This document shows, piece after piece, positions 1 to 8,431 of a stretch of 64,000 nucleotides of DNA. The stretch is from a bacterium (GTDB lineage: Bacteria > Acidobacteriota > Blastocatellia > HR10), in the NCBI GenBank assembly GCA_041640655.1, contig JBEPZV010000008.1, positions 1 through 64,000 of the forward strand. The letters run 5' to 3'. Position numbers and translations under genes: made by a program. Position 1 is the stretch's first letter. Each line of letters starts with the position of its first letter. Under the pieces are notes generated by a model. That model worked only from the letters and a program-made list of their open reading frames with translations. It did no database searches and had not been told where the DNA came from.

Positions 1-761
1 ATGAGATTGACGGCCCCCACATAATCCCCCCCGCGCCGCTGCAGGAAGCGAAAAAGGCGACGTTCGGTCACCGTCTTCGCCTGCTTCAGGCAGGCGTCCC
101 ACTCCCCCCAATGTTCCAGGAAATAGCGCTTGCGCTCCTTGGCGGCTCGTTTCTCCTCCGGATAGCACAGCGTGAGATAAATCTTCAGCGCCTCTTCCCA
201 TTGATCCTTCACGAGCTTCTCCGCGATGAAACCGCGCTTTCGATCATAGGAACCGAAGCGTTGGTCGTCGAAGTAATTCGGCAGACCGTAGGCCCGCACG
301 GTCTGGAGATTGCGCTCCACATGCGCGACCTCCTCCGGGCGCATCGCCCGCAGGGTGATGCGGAACTGATTGCCCCGGATGAATTCGGGAGTCATCGGCT
401 CGTCCACCCACCCGAGGGCGTGGAGCGCGAACGCCGACTCGGCGAGCGAGAGATCGCGTTCATCGCGAATCGTGATGTACTGCGTTGTGAGCGCGTGACG
501 ATCCTTCCGCCCCCCGTAGGAGAAAGCGTCATAAGGAAGCCCAAACCGTCGCGCCAATCGGCGCAAGAGGTCGGTCGTATTCCATCCGGCCTTGGTCAGG
601 CGATAGAGGCGATACCGCCCCCGATCGGAGGGGATGAGATCAACGATCTCCGTGACCTGAAAATCCTCCGGCCGGACCTTGATCTTGTACGCAATGGGCC
701 TCCCCCGGCGCACGAGCGCTTCGGTCACGGGCCGTTTCGCTTCGCCCATCGGGATGGACAT
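1..761 (-). CDS. truD: tRNA pseudouridine(13) synthase TruD, 5' part (runs off window edge)
   Basis: Not in the ORF track. My translation of the minus strand from ATG 761 reads MSIPMGEAK...KIKVRPEDFQVTE...YGGRKDRHALTTQYI...GLPNYFDDQRFGS, giving the TruD motifs (GxKD catalytic Asp, NYFxxQRFG). Confidence 0.9.
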   Translation of the reverse strand, partial: MSIPMGEAKRPVTEALVRRGRPIAYKIKVRPEDFQVTEIVDLIPSDRGRYRLYRLTKAGWNTTDLLRRLARRFGLPYDAFSYGGRKDRHALTTQYITIRDERDLSLAESAFALHALGWVDEPMTPEFIRGNQFRITLRAMRPEEVAHVERNLQTVRAYGLPNYFDDQRFGSYDRKRGFIAEKLVKDQWEEALKIYLTLCYPEEKRAAKERKRYFLEHWGEWDACLKQAKTVTERRLFRFLQRRGGDYVGAVNL

Positions 762-770
762 CGGCGTCCT

Positions 771-1859
771 TCAGCGCATGAACCGGATCTGCTCGATCCG
801 CCCGCGCGTGTCGAAGACGACCTCCAGAGCCTGCCGCTTTCGCTCCGTCAGCGCAGGCCAGCGCCGAAGGAGCGCGCGCGCGATCGCTCGCCCCACAGCA
901 TCCAGGTCCTCCAATCGCCCTTCGAATCTCAAGTCATAGAGGATGACGCGCTGCCGTCCTCCCTCTTCGTGGCGCATCGCCAGAGGGAAGCGGGCGAACC
1001 AGCGATACCGCTTCCCCTCGGGCGTCGCCCACGCTCGGATGATGAACGGATCGTCAGTGCGAAACGGCGAGGGATGAACGGCGATGGGACCGAAATCAGC
1101 CCGCAGGACTCGAACGGGAATGTCGTACACGCGATCGGGCGTCAGGACGATGCCTTTTCGATGCAGGGGCGAGAAGGCGACGGGGATCGCGCCCATGGTC
1201 ACGACCGAGAGACCCTCGGCTTCGACCCACGCATTCAGCCGCCGAAGCGCCGTCATCTGCACCCACGCGGCGAGTCCCACATACCCCACCAGCAGCATGG
1301 CGCCGACACGATATTCCCATCCCGCTCGCCACGCGTGCCGTCCGAATGCGCGCCGAAGCAGCCACGGCACGCCGAGGATCAGCCACACGTACGGATCAAT
1401 GATGAACCAGAGGTCGAGACTGAACCGCCGATCGGAGAACGGCTGCAGGATCATCGTCCCGTACGACGTCACGAGATCGAAGAAGATGTGCGAACCGATG
1501 CCGAGGACACTCGCCAGGTAAAACGCCCAAAAGCCGAGCGATGCGTCCTCGCGCCCATGGGGATTGCCGACGACGACTTGGCCTTCCGCGCCGCGCCACC
1601 GCGTGAAGAGCGCGCGCGGCACCCGGTGATCAGCGAGCGCTGCGATGGGAAACCCCAGCAGGACGGCTCCGAGAAGCGAATGCGTGATCCCCCGATGGTT
1701 CTGCAGCGACGCCAGCGGATCGCCCGCCCCAAAGAGGATGTCTATATCCGGCAGCATGCTGCAGACGGTGGCGAGCAGGACGAGATCGCGCCCGCGCGGC
1801 TCCGACACAACCGCCTTCGCGAAAACCCGAGTGATCATTCCATGCGTGATCGTATCCAT
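771..1859 (-). CDS. Inner-membrane metal-dependent hydrolase (YdjM/LexA-binding family)
   Basis: MDTITHG, LPDID, HRGITHS, SHIFFDLVTSYG motifs plus TM segments; start trimmed to the MDTITH ATG. Confidence 0.85.
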   Translation of the reverse strand: MDTITHGMITRVFAKAVVSEPRGRDLVLLATVCSMLPDIDILFGAGDPLASLQNHRGITHSLLGAVLLGFPIAALADHRVPRALFTRWRGAEGQVVVGNPHGREDASLGFWAFYLASVLGIGSHIFFDLVTSYGTMILQPFSDRRFSLDLWFIIDPYVWLILGVPWLLRRAFGRHAWRAGWEYRVGAMLLVGYVGLAAWVQMTALRRLNAWVEAEGLSVVTMGAIPVAFSPLHRKGIVLTPDRVYDIPVRVLRADFGPIAVHPSPFRTDDPFIIRAWATPEGKRYRWFARFPLAMRHEEGGRQRVILYDLRFEGRLEDLDAVGRAIARALLRRWPALTERKRQALEVVFDTRGRIEQIRFMR

Positions 1860-1988
1860 CCCGCCGCGCTCACGTGAAAACGTAGCGAAGCCTCGCGCGC
1901 TGGGCAACCCCAATCGGCGAGCCGATGCCCGCACGCCCGCGCGACCTGACCGAGAGTCCCCCCACCCGCGCACGATCGCGCGCCGACC

Positions 1989-3437
1989 TCACCACCAGCC
2001 GAGCACCCTCCACCACATGGCTCCAATGCCCAACCAGATCGCCAGATTCACCCAGGAGGCGATCACCCCAAGCCGCCACCACACCGCTTGCGCGACGTAT
2101 CCCGCGCCGAAGTAAATGGGTGCCGGCGTCGTCCCGTAATGCGTGAGTCCGGCCATCACGTTCGAGAGATAAGCGAGCGCGTGCACGGCCAGCGGAGCCG
2201 GAGCCCCGGCCGCGAGCACGACGACGAGAAACGGGATGTACATGGCCGTCACATGCGCCGTGATGCTCGCGAACCCATAGTGCGCGTAAAAGTAGATGAG
2301 TGCCAGAACAAGCAAAGCCCCCCACCAACTCCACCCGGCCGTCACGGCCGCTGCCGCCTCCGCGAAACGTCGCGTGAGATCGGTCTCGCCCAACGCTCCG
2401 CCCATGCGCACGAGGCCCCCGTACCAGAGGAAGACATCCCAGGCGCCGCGCTCGGAGATGATGTCCTCCCAGCTCAACACGCCACCGAGAAGCAACAGCG
2501 CAATCCCCAGGAGCGCGATCACGGCATAGTGAATTCTGTGCCAGCTCATCGTCATCCAGAGGGCGGCCACGATGAGGAAGACCAGGAGCATCACCTTCTC
2601 CTGGCGCGACATCGGCCCCAGGCGCTTCAACTCCGCTTCGGCGAAGGTCGCCGCTTCCGGCGTGCGCCGCTGCTCCGGCGGAAACAACCGATACACGAGC
2701 ACGGGAATGAGCGCCAACGAGAGCACGCCGGGCACGATCGCCCCCACGGCCCAACGCGCGTAGGAGAGCGAGAGGCCCGCCACCTGCTCGGCGAATTTCG
2801 CGATCAAGGGATTGGAGGCCTGTCCGGTCAAGAACATCGCGCACACGATGACCTCGCACTGATAGACGAGGACCATGAGGAACGCGCCCAGCCGGCGCGC
2901 CGAATCCCCGGGTCGCGAATCGTAGGCTTCGGCCAGGCTCCGCGCGATGGGGAAGAGGATCCCCCCACACCGCGCGCCATTTGACGGGATGATCGTCGCC
3001 AGCACCATGTCCGTCGCCGCCAGCGCATAGCCCAAGCCGAGCGAATGTCGCCCCACGGCGCGAATGAAGAGGAAGGCGATGCGCCGCCCGAGCCCCGTCT
3101 TGATCATCCCGCGCGCGAAGAAGAAGGCCGCCAGCACGAGCCAGACGATGGGATCCGCATACCCGGCAAGCGCCTCACCAACGGACATCGTTCCCGTGAT
3201 GGCGAGCGCGAGCACGCCCAGGAGCACCATCGCCCCACCCGGCATTGGCTGCGCGATCAGCCCTACGATCGTCGCCAGGAAGATCGCCAGCAGATGCCAC
3301 GACTCGCGCGCGATCTCTTCGGGTCTGGGTGCGAGCGCCACACCCACGCCCGTCAGGAAGACCACTCCCCACCGCGCGGCCGTCGGGGAGATCTCACGAT
3401 GAAGATTCATCACGCGATGTGCGCGTTGGGGATGCAT
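1989..3437 (-). CDS. DASS family dicarboxylate/anion transporter (2-oxoglutarate/malate translocator-like)
   Basis: KTGLGRRIA, PSNGARCGGI, MFLTGQASNP, HYGFASITAH, THYGTTPAPIYFG; many TMs. Confidence 0.92.
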   Translation of the reverse strand: MHPQRAHRVMNLHREISPTAARWGVVFLTGVGVALAPRPEEIARESWHLLAIFLATIVGLIAQPMPGGAMVLLGVLALAITGTMSVGEALAGYADPIVWLVLAAFFFARGMIKTGLGRRIAFLFIRAVGRHSLGLGYALAATDMVLATIIPSNGARCGGILFPIARSLAEAYDSRPGDSARRLGAFLMVLVYQCEVIVCAMFLTGQASNPLIAKFAEQVAGLSLSYARWAVGAIVPGVLSLALIPVLVYRLFPPEQRRTPEAATFAEAELKRLGPMSRQEKVMLLVFLIVAALWMTMSWHRIHYAVIALLGIALLLLGGVLSWEDIISERGAWDVFLWYGGLVRMGGALGETDLTRRFAEAAAAVTAGWSWWGALLVLALIYFYAHYGFASITAHVTAMYIPFLVVVLAAGAPAPLAVHALAYLSNVMAGLTHYGTTPAPIYFGAGYVAQAVWWRLGVIASWVNLAIWLGIGAMWWRVLGWW

Positions 3438-3513
3438 GTCGGACGAAGGGGTATCGGAGGGGACACGGAGAGCTCACACCGCCAAATCCCCCGCGCTTGA
3501 TGGCTCCGCCGAA

Positions 3514-5262
3514 TCATCCGGCGAGCTTCACCCGCTTCTGCATCTCGTACATCTCCAGCACCTCGCGCACCGTGTTGGCATCCTCCGGCCGCTTGTCCTC
3601 CCGAATCCAGCCGACGACGCGGGGGAAGCGCAACGCATAGCCCGGCTCATCGTCGCGCTTGCCGCAGGTGTGGACCGGCGACTTCGTGATCTCATCCGCC
3701 AGCACCGTCACGACATAGCGGGGCTCCACCCATACGTCGGGCTCAATGAGTGAATCCACGCGCGCGGGACGATGCGACACGCGCGAGCGATCGAGCAGCT
3801 CGCGAATCCGCACCCATTCCTCCTCGCTCAATCCGCTCCCGATCTTCGCGATCGTCTTGAACGTATCGCTCTCCTCATCGTACACAGCGCCGAGCAACGC
3901 CCCGATGCCCAGTCGCGCCCGCGACCCACGTCCGTGGAAATAGCCGATCAGCACGACATCGAGCGTGTCGCTCAGCTCGCCCTTGTACGAGCGCTTGAGC
4001 TTGATCCAATGGAAGCCACGTGCGCCCGCTTGATACGGCGCGTCGAGCCGCTTGGCGACGATGCCCTCCAGCCCGCGCTCGATGCTCTCCTCGAAGAATC
4101 GCTCCACGGCCTTGGGATCGTCGGTGATGATCATCTCGGCGAGCTTGAGCCGATCGCCCGGGCGGATCATTCGCTCCAACGCCTCTCGCCGTCGCTCGTA
4201 CGGCTCCGGCGTATAGTCCATGCCATCGCTGTAGAGCAGATCGAAGGCGTAGAGCACGAGCGGATATTCGCGCGCCATCTCTTCGACCCCGTGCTTGCGC
4301 TTGCGCTGAACGGTGACCTGGAAGGGATAGATCTCGCCCGTCTCCTCGTTCACGGCGACAGCCTCGCCCTCGAAGATCGCCTCGCGCGCGGCCACCTGCC
4401 GCCGCACCCCCTCGACGATGTCCGGGAACATCGGCGTCGTGCGTTCGAGATTGCGAGAGAAGATCTCCACCATATCCCCCTGCTTGTGCACCTGACAGCG
4501 AAATCCATCAATCTTCACCTCGACGGCGCACCGCCCGAGCCGCCGGATGATCTCCTCAGCCGTGGGCAACCGCTCGGCCAGAGCCATACGGATCGGATGG
4601 CCGACGCGGACCCGAAAGGCGCGAATCCCATCCAAACCCTGTTCTCGAAGCGTCCGCGCGACCAATCCGAGATCAGAGCAGAGGTTGTAGGCCCGCTCCA
4701 ACTCCGGCCTCAAGCTTCGATCTCCCGCCACCGCTTTCGAGAGCGCGTCCAGGATCGTGGGATCTCCGATCCCTAAGCGCAACCGCCCCATGACGAACCG
4801 CGCAATATAGCGCGCTTCCTTCGGCCCGGCTTCCGCCAACAGGTCGCTCAGCCCCTGTATCTTTCGCTCAATGCTCCCCTCGCCCGTCTGCTCCGCAATC
4901 TCCATCAAGCGCGTGTAGACGGCGAGGACAGTGAGCTTCCCGCGCGCGGACGCCTCCTTCTTCTGTTCGAGCAGCCGCTCGACGACCAGTCCGGGATCGC
5001 CCAACTTCTTGTAAAGCGTCATCACGCGCCCTTCCTCGACGCCCGTGGCTTTCGCGATGGCGCGCAACACGAGCTTCTCGGCCATCCCGATCTCAATGCC
5101 GCGAAAAGGCGGCGCTAACTGCTCTTCCAGCAAATAGACGACCGGGGCGATCTCCTCCGCCCCCACCTCGCGAAACAATTCGCTCAAGATGTCGAACATC
5201 TCCAGCCGCTTGGTCGTCGCCTCCAGCCGCTCGAAATAGTCCACGAGTCTGGCGAATCGCAT
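3514..5262 (-). CDS. lig: ATP-dependent DNA ligase (archaeal/eukaryotic-type with DBD, adenylation and OB domains)
   Basis: Motif I KIDGFR, FEGE, YAFDLL, EGIVAK, WIKLK, LRFPR; start at MRFARL. Confidence 0.93.
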   Translation of the reverse strand: MRFARLVDYFERLEATTKRLEMFDILSELFREVGAEEIAPVVYLLEEQLAPPFRGIEIGMAEKLVLRAIAKATGVEEGRVMTLYKKLGDPGLVVERLLEQKKEASARGKLTVLAVYTRLMEIAEQTGEGSIERKIQGLSDLLAEAGPKEARYIARFVMGRLRLGIGDPTILDALSKAVAGDRSLRPELERAYNLCSDLGLVARTLREQGLDGIRAFRVRVGHPIRMALAERLPTAEEIIRRLGRCAVEVKIDGFRCQVHKQGDMVEIFSRNLERTTPMFPDIVEGVRRQVAAREAIFEGEAVAVNEETGEIYPFQVTVQRKRKHGVEEMAREYPLVLYAFDLLYSDGMDYTPEPYERRREALERMIRPGDRLKLAEMIITDDPKAVERFFEESIERGLEGIVAKRLDAPYQAGARGFHWIKLKRSYKGELSDTLDVVLIGYFHGRGSRARLGIGALLGAVYDEESDTFKTIAKIGSGLSEEEWVRIRELLDRSRVSHRPARVDSLIEPDVWVEPRYVVTVLADEITKSPVHTCGKRDDEPGYALRFPRVVGWIREDKRPEDANTVREVLEMYEMQKRVKLAG

Positions 5263-5334
5263 ACGCTCACTGCGGGCGCGCTCCCCATGCAAAACCGCGC
5301 GCCGCCTGCTCACCTCCTTTCGGGCAATGCGCGC

Positions 5335-5964
5335 TCACTTCACCCGCTCGATGATCACCCTCTGAATGAGCACAGGGCGGATCGGCTTGTCCGTCGCGTC
5401 GCGCGGGACGTTGGCGATCCGCCGAGCGACGTCCAACCCCTCGACGACTTCGCCGAAGATCGTATGCTTGCCGTTCAAGTGCGGCGCCGGCGCGACGGTG
5501 ATGAAGAACTGACTCCCATTGGTGTTCGGCCCGCGATTGGCCATCGCCAAACGCCCCGGCTTGTCGAACTTCAAATTCGGACGAATCTCATCCTCGAACG
5601 TATAGCCCGGCGTATACCGACCGGTCGCCGTGGGATCCCCCGATTGAATGATGAAATTCGGGATGACACGATGAAACATCAGGCCATCGTAAAATCGCTT
5701 CTTGATCTTCCGCCCGGTCCGTGGCGAGACGTGTTCCTTCGTCCCCTCCGCCAAGCCCACGAAATTGGCGACGGCCTTGGGCGCTTCCTGCTCGAAGAGC
5801 CGACATACGATCCGCCCCATGCTCGTCTCGAAGATGGCATACAGACCCGGCGCGCGCCGCGCCGACGGTGCGGCGGATCGCCGCTGTCCCTCAACCGAAA
5901 GCGCGAGAGCGAGCATCACCCCGACGCTCACGATCCCGAAGGAAAAAGCCGACGTTCTCCTCAT
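5335..5964 (-). CDS. Cyclophilin-type peptidyl-prolyl isomerase with signal peptide
   Basis: FYDGLMFHRVIPNFIIQSGDP, LAMANRGPNTNGSQFFIT, HLNGKHTIFG. Confidence 0.93.
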   Translation of the reverse strand: MRRTSAFSFGIVSVGVMLALALSVEGQRRSAAPSARRAPGLYAIFETSMGRIVCRLFEQEAPKAVANFVGLAEGTKEHVSPRTGRKIKKRFYDGLMFHRVIPNFIIQSGDPTATGRYTPGYTFEDEIRPNLKFDKPGRLAMANRGPNTNGSQFFITVAPAPHLNGKHTIFGEVVEGLDVARRIANVPRDATDKPIRPVLIQRVIIERVK

Positions 5965-6037
5965 AGCTTGCTCCTTGCCCGCGAGGAGAGGCGGACGAAA
6001 GGCGCGCGGTCGCGCTCGCGGGGCGAGCCCAGTGTCA

Positions 6038-6553
6038 TCATTGGAACCGCAACCCCTCGACCACGATCTCAAATCGCGCCAGCTCAGCCTTGGGCGGGAC
6101 ATTATCCACATTGACCTGAATGACCATGGATTCATTCGGCCCCAAGCTCGGTCTCCGACGCGGGATCGGGAAGGCCGTGCGCTCGGCCACAGGCCGATTC
6201 TCCATATCGTAGACGATGGCGCGAACCTGCACCCCCGTGAGCGTGCGCGATCCCCGATTGGTGAGCAATCCGTAGACGACGACCTGCTTCTGCCCGATGA
6301 GATTTTGCGCCTGCGTCGCCTCCTGATTCTCCACAGTCACGAACCGGCGATAGGCTTCGAACTCCGGAGAGCCCGCCGATACGAACCCGGTCAGCCCCAT
6401 CCCCCCAGGGCCAGCCGGCCCCGACGTCGTGCGCCGCGCGCTCCAATACAGGATGAGCCCCCCGATCACGGCGAACCCAATGGCCGTGATCACGAGGACC
6501 TGCCATTGTCGCCGCCGCTCCTCTCGCTCCACGTCTGAAGGTGGCGTGAACAT
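6038..6553 (-). CDS. Single-TM protein with FxLYD/DUF3426-like beta-sandwich domain
   Basis: N-terminal TM, then VYGLLTNRG...VRAIVYD...LGPNES pattern. Confidence 0.6.
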   Translation of the reverse strand: MFTPPSDVEREERRRQWQVLVITAIGFAVIGGLILYWSARRTTSGPAGPGGMGLTGFVSAGSPEFEAYRRFVTVENQEATQAQNLIGQKQVVVYGLLTNRGSRTLTGVQVRAIVYDMENRPVAERTAFPIPRRRPSLGPNESMVIQVNVDNVPPKAELARFEIVVEGLRFQ

Positions 6554-6677
6554 CCTTACCCCCTTCGATGCCTCTTATCTTATACCGCCTCTACCCGCAG
6601 AGGACAAGATCGAGAGCGCAGGGGACTCACCTTCGAAGAGCACCCGAGGGGGGGAGCGCAGGGATCACCCCCCTTGG

Positions 6678-7166
6678 TCAGAATCCCCAAGGGGACAGAT
6701 GCTCGATGCCGAGCATGCGAAGATACGCGACGATCTGCCCGCGATGATGCGCCTCGTGCTCGCAGAGGCCCAGGATCACGTCATACAGCGTCACGCGACC
6801 AGCGAGCCCGTTCATCGAACGGGCGAGATCCTCATCCGTGAGCGTCCCCAGCAACTCCAGCGTCTCGCGGTGCGTCACCTCAAGGAGCGCCAACTCAGCC
6901 ATGAGATTCTCGGCCGGACCGGTCGCCTCAATCAGATCCAGATCGCGACGCACGGCCAGAAGCTGCTTCAAATCCCAATGCCCCTTCACGACCTCCTGAC
7001 ACATCATCTCGGCCTGAGCCAGATGCCGCACCAGTTGCCCCAGCGTGAGCATCCCTTCGACCGGCCGCCACGTCATCCGATCCGGGGGGATGCGGCGAAG
7101 GACCGAGAGCGTCCGCGCCCGAACGCTTTGAACATGAGCCCGAAGGCGCTCTGCCGTTCGCCTCAT
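6678..7166 (-). CDS. DinB family protein
   Basis: WRP..GMLTLGQLVRHL...EHEAHHRGQIVAYLRMLG. Confidence 0.88.
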   Translation of the reverse strand: MRRTAERLRAHVQSVRARTLSVLRRIPPDRMTWRPVEGMLTLGQLVRHLAQAEMMCQEVVKGHWDLKQLLAVRRDLDLIEATGPAENLMAELALLEVTHRETLELLGTLTDEDLARSMNGLAGRVTLYDVILGLCEHEAHHRGQIVAYLRMLGIEHLSPWGF

Positions 7167-7222
7167 CTCCTCTCCTCTCGTCGCCGGACACGACCCGCCC
7201 GAATGTGCCCCCTTCAGCTCCA

Positions 7223-7642
7223 TCACGATTCGTCCCGAAATCGCGTGGGCACGCGCGCCGCACACGCCAGCAGAGCTTGAGCCGCGCGCATGTAGCGCAG
7301 CAGCAGCGAGAGATCACCGCGAACGCGCAACTTCCCCATCCAGATCGCCCGCACCGGATCGAGCTGTCCTTGCAAGAGCCGCTTCCAATCCTCGTACTCG
7401 GCCGAGATGAGAAACGGTGCGCCCTCTCCTTCCTGAGGGGTAACCACGTCCGCCGCGCGGCACTCTCCCTGATGGAGATCGAGCCGGAGATAGGTCTTCT
7501 CCTCGCCGAAGCGAACGACGAAGCAAATCGGCCCGGCGCGCCAATCGGCCGCCGACTCCCGATACGCGGAACTGGCGTTGATCTGCTCGCGAAAGGCGCG
7601 CGCCCATTCGGCGCTCGGAAAGAGCAGGCTCATATGAGACAT
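7223..7642 (-). CDS. SCP2 sterol/lipid-binding domain protein
   Basis: FPSAEW...WKRLLQGQLDPVRAIWMGKLRVRGD. Confidence 0.85.
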   Translation of the reverse strand: MSHMSLLFPSAEWARAFREQINASSAYRESAADWRAGPICFVVRFGEEKTYLRLDLHQGECRAADVVTPQEGEGAPFLISAEYEDWKRLLQGQLDPVRAIWMGKLRVRGDLSLLLRYMRAAQALLACAARVPTRFRDES

Positions 7643-8358
7643 CACTGCGGGGGCGGGATCGGCAGGTTCAGCTTCTCCCAGACATTCCCCGCGAGCGCAC
7701 TCCCCACGCGATTGAAGGCGTACAACGACCCGATGAACGTCAACGGGATGAGGAGCGCGACGACCACGCTCAAGTCCACGCGCTCGGCCACACGTTGCAG
7801 CCAGGTCGGCCCACTGCGCATTCGCTGCCGAAGCAGCCCGCTGAGCCCGAGCCGCTGCCGAATCTGATAAGCACAAATGAGGACGCTCAGGATCGCCGCC
7901 GCCAGACCCAATCCCCGAACCGGAAAGCGCTTACTCATGAGGTCAGCGCGAATCAACTCGCTGAGCTTCTGAATGTCTGACGTCGGCGGCACATGCACAT
8001 CCATGATGGCGACCACATAGATGAGGATCAGCCCCAACAGCACAAGGAAAGGCAGAAGCGACGTGGCGACGATCGCATAGAGGCTACGCGCCCGCGCCCG
8101 GATGTCAATCAGATAGAGCCAACAGTAGATGAACAGCATCCCCAGGGGAACGACCGCCACCATGAAGAGCGATTGGAAGAGAAAGAACATGACGACCGTC
8201 ATCAGAAATAAGCCCCGCCATTCGGCGGGAAAAGCGCCCGCATAGCGATAGGCCACCGCATACTGCGCCAGGAAGAGACCCACGAAGTAGAGGAGGACCA
8301 TCAGGTGATAGCGCCTCAACCGCAGCTCTTCAACCGGCGTCTCCAATACTACGGCCAT
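7642..8358 (-). CDS. Hypothetical multi-pass membrane protein
   Basis: About 5 hydrophobic segments. Start moved to ATG 8358 because a consensus promoter lies inside the longer ORF's 5' end. Confidence 0.65.
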   Translation of the reverse strand: MAVVLETPVEELRLRRYHLMVLLYFVGLFLAQYAVAYRYAGAFPAEWRGLFLMTVVMFFLFQSLFMVAVVPLGMLFIYCWLYLIDIRARARSLYAIVATSLLPFLVLLGLILIYVVAIMDVHVPPTSDIQKLSELIRADLMSKRFPVRGLGLAAAILSVLICAYQIRQRLGLSGLLRQRMRSGPTWLQRVAERVDLSVVVALLIPLTFIGSLYAFNRVGSALAGNVWEKLNLPIPPPQ

Positions 8359-8401
8359 CCGTCCCACGTCCTCAGTTGATCTCCACGAAAAAGCGCGCGT
8401 G

Positions 8402-8431
8402 AGTATATCGGCAAAGCTCACACTTTGTCAA
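8402..8431 (-). promoter_or_regulatory. sigma70-type promoter TTGACA-N18-TATACT
   Basis: Minus strand reads ttgacaaagtgtgagctttgccgatatact. Confidence 0.7.

Noticed and set aside
111..1877. 588-aa plus-strand ORF
   Set aside because: Antisense shadow of truD and the hydrolase, with no recognisable motifs; typical of high-GC DNA.
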